DNA of 59,067 nt, the filler included, from Bipalium vagum (lineage: Eukaryota): NCBI GenBank assembly GCA_037834085.1. It is 3 parts of 3 records of this genome, joined end to end, with 100 filler letters (N's around TTAATTAATTAA, not from the genome) between each part and the next. Parts side by side here need not be neighbours in the genome. Positions count along the whole stretch, not along the records: positions 38,800 to 59,067 come from JBBMKC010256725.1; 2 more parts are not named here. One strand, written 5' to 3'. A program made the position numbers and the translations under genes. How positions within the stretch are numbered: the stretch's first letter is position 1; each line of letters starts with the position of its first letter. The notes under the pieces are model-generated. The model searched no databases. It worked only from the letters and a program-made list of their open reading frames with translations, and was not told where the DNA came from. This document shows, one piece after another, positions 50,111-59,067 of the stretch.

Positions 50111-52129
50111 TATTGGGTTGTTTTAAAAAAAAATTTTTAATATATAAATTTTACATGGTCTACGATTTTCATTTCACAAAAAACTTTATCAATATTTATA
50201 TTTAATAAATAAAAAATAATTTCCTTTTAAAATATTATTTAAAAGTAATAAATTGTAAATATTATCAGAATAATTAATTAAAACTTATTTCAAAGACACT
50301 AAAACTAATTCTAGAACCTTTGGTTTAGTTTGAATTTATTTGAAGAATTTATTTTATATTATACATATTTCTTTTTTCTTTCTGTTTTGATTAAAATTTT
50401 CAAATTTTTAATAAGTCTTTAAAAAATTAATATTATAAATATTTTTATACATTAACATCAAATGCATTAGATATTTCATTAATTTTCCATTAATTTTGAG
50501 AAATTAATGGTGGTTACTAAAATGCTTTTATTCCTATTTTTATTTTTATCCTTCACAAGAATAATATTATTTTTTATTATTTCATCATTAATGGTATAAT
50601 TATTATTTTAATATAATATTATAATGATAATATATAATAATATAATTATTACTCTTTTATTATTATTATTGTAAGGATTAAACATAAAATAATATTAAAA
50701 CTGAATTTAATATATAAATATAAATTTAAAATATTAATATAAATTTTAAAGTAATTAATATAACACAATCGTAAATTGAAAGTTAAATGAATATTAAAAT
50801 AATGTTTTTTGAAATAAATAATTAATTAATTTCATAATTAGAATCAATGATTAATTTGTTTAAATATTAAATAAAGAGGAATCACATTTCAAATAATCAA
50901 TTTTCATGAATAGATATTTCATTAAACTTTGACTTAATGAATTAATTCAACACACATACGATAATAGTTACTAATAATTATTAATATTAATAGTAATAAT
51001 ATTATTATTATATTAACATAAATAACGCAAAAATATCAGATCTCAATTTCAAAAGTAATAAGGATACATTAATTTCAATATTGAAAAAATAAAATAAAAT
51101 TATTCAGAAATCCTGCCATCATTATAAAAGAAATAATAAATAATAAGGCCATTAGCTCTCGGTTTGCCATTAATATTCAATTAACATTATATGGCATCAT
51201 ATTTCATACGATTTGCCTAATTAAAATCTTTTCATCATCCCAATGAAATCTATCAAGAAATACTCTTCTGTTTCATTTTGATAATCGACCTATGCCCTGA
51301 ATGGATATATCGAAAAATCCAAAACGAAGTGTGATAAAAAACTCGTCACGGATCACTGGCTAAAATTGTCGGCTCAGCGACTTCATTTTGCTTTTGAAAG
51401 AGGTAGATTATATTTAAAGTATTTAAAATAGTTCATTTAATATTTTTTGTTTAAATTAAATAATTAATTCTTAGTATAATTTGACTGTTCACAGTTCGAT
51501 AATTGTGTTTTGAATTGTCACACAATAGCAATAACGAAAGCATTTTTTCCTGAAGATTTTTAATTAAGAATAATAATTTAATAAGTCATTCAATGGGAAT
51601 ATTTTATTATTTTTTATTCTCCTGGGATAAATTAGTGAGCCCATTTCGTCGTGATTTAATAATTGAATTTCAAATATTCAAACAAGCGCGCTTTAATTTT
51701 TATTTATTTATTATTTCTACAACGTGAATTTAGAAAATATAAATAAAGGGAGTGTTTTCATTATTTTTTTATAAAATTATATTTTATATATTTTTATCTT
51801 AAATAAAAAAATCGAAAATAAGTTGATTTTTTTTCTGGTGTATCTCCTGAATGTTTTATTTATTTTTATACTAAACACAAAGTGTATAATGTATATAAAA
51901 AATAAATAAAATTGTTGGTTATTTTCATCACTGTTTCTATTAGCTTTGGAATGCATTGTACGGGAATTGTAATGTCTTTCTCATTCTCAAAAAGTTTGTT
52001 CATGCTGATTTTAAAGTTGTTTTACTCATCGTAAAGAAAGAAAATATCCGATTTTAAAATGTAATACCGTAAAATATTTTCAACACAAACTGCAGATTTT
52101 TGTAACAGTAACATTGATTTATTAAAATT

Positions 52130-52700
52130 CAATATTTTCTTACAGAATGACCAATTACTTTAACACACTTATGTGAGCGATTATAAAAGTCATTCATAAC
52201 ATTTTGAAATCTTTCTGGTGATATTCTGATTACCTTTATTTGATTAATATCTTTAAGCTTTTGATTTTCTTCTTCTATTATGTATTAAGTGTTTCTAAAT
52301 GAAGAAATCAAGTGGCGTTAGGTCTTAAGGAAAAGGCGGATTATTATCAATTTCAATAATTAGGCTTTCACACATTGCAATTCTTTCAGCATAGTCATCG
52401 TCATGTAAATTATATATAATTTGTATCTTACGTAGATAAAGTTGGAGATCTTTTCGCACTACATTGTGTATAGCTTTAAAACTTCATTCAATTTCATTAG
52501 CAGTGGTTCTTATCGATGCCTTTTAAATGTACAAGCTGACAGATGTCTTAAGCTTTTCAACCTATGTATGGAGATCATAAATGAATAATAACTAAAGAAT
52601 AAAGAAAATATCAATAGAACAAACACATTTTAACTCTAGATCCATTTTTCAACCTTTTGGTTACGTCCAATAGAAAGTTCGTGATTTCTTAAAGTACTAT
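52130..52700 (-). mobile_element. DD41D/DD37D-type transposase relic
   Basis: PPFP*DLTPLDFF (compare WPPRSPDLTPLDFFLW) and ISPERFQNVMNDFYNRSHKCVKVIGH. Boundaries are approximate. Confidence 0.65.
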
Positions 52701-53317
52701 TAATAGACAGAAATCCAGAAAATGAAGACAAACTATTTTTAGGTTTACAAAATGGACGGAAAGCAAAATGTTTAAGAAGGCATAACATTTTAAGATGGGA
52801 GATAAGCGAAAGCGAAATCATTTTAATATCAATGAATATAATAAGATTTTCCTTTCATAATGAAAAATGTGTATGAAGGTGAATAATTTGAAAATCAATG
52901 ATGTCATTATTTGAATAAAGGTTTCACAATTACTAGATATACTTTTCGATTTCCTCTCAGATTACGATCATAAAATAAGTATAATTTCTTTATTTATTCA
53001 AGATAAATAGTTGTAAGAAATTCTATTTCATGTCTAATTAAAGCCCTAAATAATATTTTCCTAAGTCAAAAATAAAATAATGGAGACAGAAAATCTTCAT
53101 TTTAAAGAAAACAATCTTTCAAAGACTTATAGATTAAACTAAGACTAGACTGACATTTGTCTGCAAAACGTAGCTTATATTCTTTTGCTTTTATAGGGTC
53201 TTTTAAAATAAATATATGGAGTTATATCTTTGAGGACTGTCAAATATATATATTTATTAATAATAAATAAATATTAATATTGACAATGAAATATAAGAAG
53301 AAATTTTTACGTATTAA

Positions 53318-53545
53318 AAATAAAATAATTTAATTTTAAAAAAGTAATAATTTAAATTAAAAAATAATTTAATTTAAAAATAAATAATTTAATTTAAAAA
53401 TAAAATATTTAATTTAAAAATAAATAATTTAATTTAAAAATAAAATATTTAATTTAAAAATAAAATATTTAATTTAAAAATAAAAAAATAATTTAATTTG
53501 GAAAAGGAATAATTTAATTTTACAAATAAATAATTTAATTTTAAC
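53318..53545. repeat. 20-bp AT-only minisatellite
   Basis: Tandem TAAATAATTTAATTTAAAAA / TAAAATATTTAATTTAAAAA, about 10 units, degenerate at the edges. Confidence 0.9.
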
Positions 53546-54854
53546 AAAACATAATGTAATTTATCAATTAAATAATTAAATGTTAAATTAAAATGGTTAA
53601 ATAATTAAAATAATTATATTTCAAAAAAAATAAATTAAAAGTTCAGTATTTAAATATTTACTTAAGCGTTAATTTTTAATTTTAAAATATTTAAATTAAT
53701 TAAATAAAATGCATTCGAAAAGATTATTTATATATTTAAAACTGTGGAAATCTTTATTATAAAGATATTTTTATTTGAAAAAAGTTCTAAAAAATAAAAT
53801 ATGCAAATTTCCAAATACTTTTTAAGTTTTCTGAATATTATTTGCAAAATAATTTTCCAAAAATATTCTTGAGAAGAAAATTACTTAAAATTTTAACTGT
53901 CTACAACTAAATGATTTGTCCACATTGCATGATGTTATTCCTTTAATTGACGACTTGCAAGTACTTTAGGTTTGGGGGAATGAATCGAATTTTAAAAAAA
54001 TTAAATTATTATTGCCATAAATTAAAAAAAATAATTTACCTTAATCAAATTATAAAAGGAACATTATAATGATAAATTATCATTGATAATTCAGTTTTAT
54101 TATTAGGAGGACTTATCAACGCTCCTAATATTATTAGGCTGTTACATAAAAATTGTCGGATTTGTTGAAGTTACGGTTTGCCATGAAACTTTACTCATTA
54201 TGTGTGGTTAAATCCTGTCTTATTATTTATCAATCTGTTGGTTTGAGATCGCTCTATATATTATTGTATTTGATTTAATGATTAATTATTGAGTATTATA
54301 TTTTAGTGTCAATTCAATATATAATGCAAAAACTTGATTTTTTTGTGATGTATTAAACAGAAGAAGGTTAAATAAAATCAAATAATATTTATATTTATAA
54401 TAATAATTTTAATTAACCTTTAAAAGTTTAATGAACCTCTTTAAATTTAAAATAATTTTTAAAAAACAAAGTAATAATTTAATAATTAAATGTTCAATGC
54501 CTAAGAAATCTCAACTGTTAATTTAAGCTGTGTAAGTTTTTACAATGCCTTGCTTTTAGGGTGAATCTTGCTGGGCGTGTCCAACTTCATAATTTCCAGA
54601 ACTTTTATTTTTGTTTTTATCATTGACTGCAATTTTATTAAGATTCAATTACGACTCCAATTTTCTAAAAATTTATTATTTTGTTTTTATTTTTTCGAAA
54701 GCTATTTTTAGGAAACGATATTTTAAATTCTTAATTATTTTTGAAAAGTAACTTAATCATTATTCTTAATTTTTTACACGGATTGACAGATTATTTTAAA
54801 ATTTTTACTTGTTTAATAAATTACTGATTTGTTTTGTAATTAGAACTAACAATA

Positions 54855-55450
54855 CAGTGTATTTATATCAACATTACAGTCGCATCAATTATCAATAATT
54901 TCAACTTTGTTGAGACATTTTGGAACCTATGAAAACACATTCTTGCAGTATTCAGTGAAATCATCCGTTGTGAGTTCCTTGCAGTCAGATTTATCAATAC
55001 CGGTTTGTGTTTTGGTTGATCCGTACGAATTACATTCTTCCGTATGAAGAAATTTTCAGCTATGCTTAAAAAGGGATAATTAGATGGAAGAAATACTATT
55101 CTGTGATTTGAATCCTCAAATTTCGACTTTCCAACTTTATAATTTTGTGTCCATAAAAAATGATTAAAAGATTAATTTTATAGTTTCGTTTTGAAGTTTT
55201 AAATTTTGTACTTGATATACTTCGTATTGGGAAAAATATTTTAAAAATATATTTAGATTTTTACCGTACTCATTTTCAAAAGGCTTTTATTCACACTAAA
55301 TGCCTTACTAGAAGATTTCAAAAAGTTGATCGATTCCTTGCATAAGTTAAACCATTGTATAGAACTCTAATATTTCAATCTTATGATGTTCGAATTCTTA
55401 ATGGTTTGTTTCCAAAGTATAACTAAAACCCTATAAAAAGTACCATAAAA
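54855..55450 (-). mobile_element. IS630/Tc1-like transposase relic
   Basis: EDSNHRIVFLPSNYPFLSIAENFF resembles 'FLPPYSPFLNPIEEFF'. Heavily broken. Confidence 0.55.
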
Positions 55451-57959
55451 AAATGATGTACTGATATCACAAAAATAAAAACATAACATAAATTATTTTT
55501 CTCTGATTTTTAATATTTATTTAACAAAATGGATCTAATTTGATTTGTCTTCATTTTGTTTTAACGGACTAATTATAAATTATTTTAAAGGTAAATTAAA
55601 ATAAATTTTCAACATTTTTCAATTTTTATTTTATGATATTAAGTTATTAATATTTATCTAAATAAATAGGAGAATAACAGTCCTATTCATGGCCAAAATG
55701 TTCAAAACAGCTCGTTTTAACAAAACCGAACTAAGCCGAATTTCAATCAACAAACTTATAAAACATTTTCAATAAAATTAACGATATAATTAAACCAAAT
55801 TTTAATACTGAACCAATTTTCGATAGTGCAGCAACTCATAATATACAATACCCTACTGATCCCACCAAATAGACAAATAAAGTAAATAGATAATAATATT
55901 ATAATTTTAACATAAATCAATAGAAAAATATTATTATAAGTAGAACCAATTTATTGAAAACTAGTTAGCTTATTATTTTGTTGGTGGTAGAATCGAAGTG
56001 TGTCAAACTGTCCAAAGTTCTATGACGATGGAATTATGAAACTATCCGAGGGATGACAAATGTTGTTGAAACCTTGATGAATAAATATCAATGAAGAAAG
56101 TTAAAACAGTATAACGAAAAAAGAGTTGTGTTTTAATTTAAAAATTTAATAAATCACCTTTTCAACAGTATAAATTGGTTTTATAATTATTTTATTTATC
56201 ACTCTGAACTGTCCACATGTCTCCAAATTAGAAAAAAACGGATAAGGATACTCTTTAAAATATTCAATTAAGTCTTTTTACCAAAAAATAAAATCCAAAA
56301 TATTCAAGGGGATGTCATTTCATTACAATAGCTAGACAGCATCATCACATCAAATGAAAATATAATTAATTATTTATTTACATTATTATTTTAGTTAATT
56401 AGTGAGTTTCCAAAGTCTCTTGGAAAAATAATAAAATGATATATTTTCCAACCAGTTTTCCAAATGTCTGTTTTCGTGACAGTTAAGCAATTGTTTTGAT
56501 ATAAATTATTTGGAAATCAAAAATAAATTTATTACATTTATAAAATAATTTGATAAGATAATTGATCATGAGCTCAGAACAAATGATAAAATTTTAATTT
56601 AATGAACCTCACCATTCTACGAAGGGCAAGTGAACTATTCAATTAAAACTAATATATTTTAGTGAAATGATATTTATTTAACGGTTTCACCATAGACCGC
56701 GTTTGAATAAAATGAAATGAAATTAGTCGACGTCTTTTATAACAAATAAATATTATAAGGCAGTTAATTAGACCACGGGCATTTTTAATTTTAAAATCCA
56801 ATCTATATTTATGTAGCGGTTTATGAAGAAAGGAAATGCTAAAAATAATCAAGGGTTTATAACCTCATTTCAAATTTGTATAAATCAATTTAAAAAATAA
56901 ATAAATTTCAAAAAATAAAAATAAGAAAATGTATTACATATATTTACATATAAACATTTAACTATGAACTTTAACTAACTTAAAACTTTAATTTCAAAGT
57001 ATTTTGTTTTAAATATTACATCTATTAAGTATTATATAATTTAATTGATATTTTAATTAATGTATTGATTAATGTATTTTAAAATCTAATAACTTAAAAA
57101 TAATCAATTAATAATGTTAGAATTTAAAGGTATTTTCTTAATTTTCATAATGATATTAAAATTCCATGGTTTGATATAGCTTTTTTGAATATTAAAGATC
57201 ATTGATGTTAGTTTAAAAATTATTATTAAAACTATATCTTCTCTTATGGATTACAAGTTGACAGGTGTTAATAAATAATATTAATTGAATTAACATTTTC
57301 AAAAAAACAATTAGATTTTACTTAACTTTACAATTTTTTTGAATCTTAAGAAAAATTTTTAAATTATCTTTTAGAACCATAGTATGACATAGTATGAAAA
57401 ATTCCATCAAAAGAAAAAAGTTGACCAAGAAAAGGTCATGTTTTTTTGTAGAATTTGAGAGAAATCTCAAGAGATATTTTTAGCTTCTCTCACGGAACCG
57501 AATAATCAATTCTGTGAATACCAAGGTCACTTGTATAATTTAAAGATTTATGATTATTGAAAATAAATTCTCAAATTATATTGCAATACCCGTTATAGAA
57601 GAAATGAGGAAAACAGACAATGTTAGAGTAAAAGTCAAAAGAAACAATTTACACAAGTGCTGGACAAAATAAATATCTGACAAAAAAGAAATCCATGGAA
57701 GACAAATGTTAAACTAAAAATTATGTTAAGTCAAAACCTTTTGGGTTGTAGTTATTTCCGAAACCAGAAAAAAATAATTTTCCCTTAGGAACTAAAAAAT
57801 GTTTGGAAATAAAGAATGTTAATGATGAAAAGTGGTCGATTGCAAACTGTGATAACTTTTAAAGTGGCTCTAATACCATTATTTTTAAATTAAATTCTTT
57901 ACGTGTCATATTATCTAAATAACTTATTGATTTGGTAGATCAATAAATAATTGCAACGA

Positions 57960-58460
57960 AAATGGATAAACAAATTGAAATGAGGACAAAATGTTGTTCA
58001 CATACAATCAAAATACAGCTGCTTCATTTTCAACGATCATTAAAAATGTTGGAGTTGCAAAAAAACAGTTCAAAATGTCATTTCAAGCAACAAATAGACT
58101 TTTTATATTGAACGGAAAGCAGGTTCAGTTAATAAAGCTAGTCCAATTGATATCAACTTAGCAAACAAGTTTATCAGAGCGTTTAAGAAAAATCCGTCGC
58201 TTTCAGAACGTGATTTTGAAAAAAATGTAAATCATTTAAATCATACATCCACAAAGTGAAGCAGAATAGAGGTTTCAAGTCCTACAAAGCCAATATTGCT
58301 TCTGATTATGATGAACAAAAAGAACAAAATTAAAAAACACCCATTCACGAAAGCTTTATGAAAATTTCCTTACCAAAGTTGATTGTGTTATTATGGACGA
58401 TGAGGCTTACATTAAAGGAAACTTGAAACAAATACCAGAAATATTATGATATTATTGTAA
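57960..58460 (+). mobile_element. ITmD37E (TRT)-type transposase relic, 5' half
   Basis: FIRAFKKNPSLSERDF and LTKVDCVIMDDEAYIKGNLKQIP (compare DD37E 'CILMDDETYVKADFKQLPG'), with frameshifts. Confidence 0.7.
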
Positions 58461-58992
58461 CAAATATAATTAAATTTCCAAACGAACAAAAATAAAAAAA
58501 TTATAAAACCATTTTAAATAAACAAAAGGCACATTTCTTTTTGGAGCAATCCATCAGAGACAATTTTGTAAAAAACGGAAAATATTGAAAGAGTAAAAGC
58601 TTATTGTCTTCGTTTTCTTCATTAATATATTATAATATAAATATTTCGATTTCATTAGTTTAAATTTGGATTTCATTTCATTGATTTTCACCTGTAAATG
58701 GTCTAAAGGTGCTTAAGAAAACCTAACATGACATTCTTAATCACATTTTCAGAGTACGTTTTCTCATGTTCAGAATTTTCGACATTAATAAAATGAATCT
58801 TTTATTTGAAGGGTTTCTCATAATACGTTCACAGGTTTTAAGCTTGGAGACAGACGAAATAAGATTATTTCAACTTCAGTGCAACTTATATTTTGGAACA
58901 CAAAATGTCAAAAGTGGTCCAAAAATAGAAGTTGGTCCTATATTAGAAGTTAAGACATAAAAAGGCTATAAAACATGTTTTACATGAACTTA

Positions 58993-59067
58993 CACCCCCG
59001 TGCAAAAGTCTGAGTACACCTATAAAAATCATGAATTTTAAACATTTATTATTATTTTAGTAAAAAA
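58993..59067. mobile_element. Tc1-like left terminus, cut by the window edge
   Basis: TA|CACCCCCGTGCAAAAGTCTGAGTACACC resembles Tc1 TIR starts. Confidence 0.45.

Noticed and set aside
53318-53545. CRISPR-like array
   Set aside because: These are contiguous AT-only tandem units without unique spacers, in a eukaryotic context with no cas genes.
40974-56852. Short F/I/L/K-rich ORFs (e.g. 40974, 44527, 44674, 49293, 52636, 56649)
   Set aside because: Their composition is what random AT-rich DNA or transposon debris yields, with no motifs or splice support.
1-59067. tRNA, rRNA, snRNA, hammerhead ribozyme or conserved miRNA genes
   Set aside because: None was recognised by eye beyond short chance seed matches; a covariance-model scan would be needed to exclude them formally.

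Overview
Very AT-rich eukaryotic genomic DNA with many 40-55 nt GT-AG introns and (ATT)n runs. A metazoan origin is supported by complexin and FBXO16; a planarian/triclad-like genome is my inference, not proven. The window is three contigs (about 1-21000, 21101-38699, 38800-59067) joined by identical artificial 100-nt N44-TTAATTAATTAA-N44 spacers, so linkage across them cannot be trusted. Contig 1 holds an intronless divergent PP1 catalytic subunit, an 8-exon FBXO16, the 5' part of complexin and nested Tc1/mariner/pogo relics. Contig 2 starts with a strand-asymmetric hairpin cluster, then holds an intronless Fip1-motif gene, a large spliced gene with about 12 copies of a ~65-aa acidic repeat, and an upstream TIR-like exon that is splice-phase compatible with it. 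Contig 3 is gene-poor and carries mostly decayed IS630-Tc1-mariner elements. The best candidates for something new are the possible TIR + acidic-repeat protein and the structured-RNA-like segment at 21.1-21.4 kb. All calls come from manual reading and translation; no searches were run.
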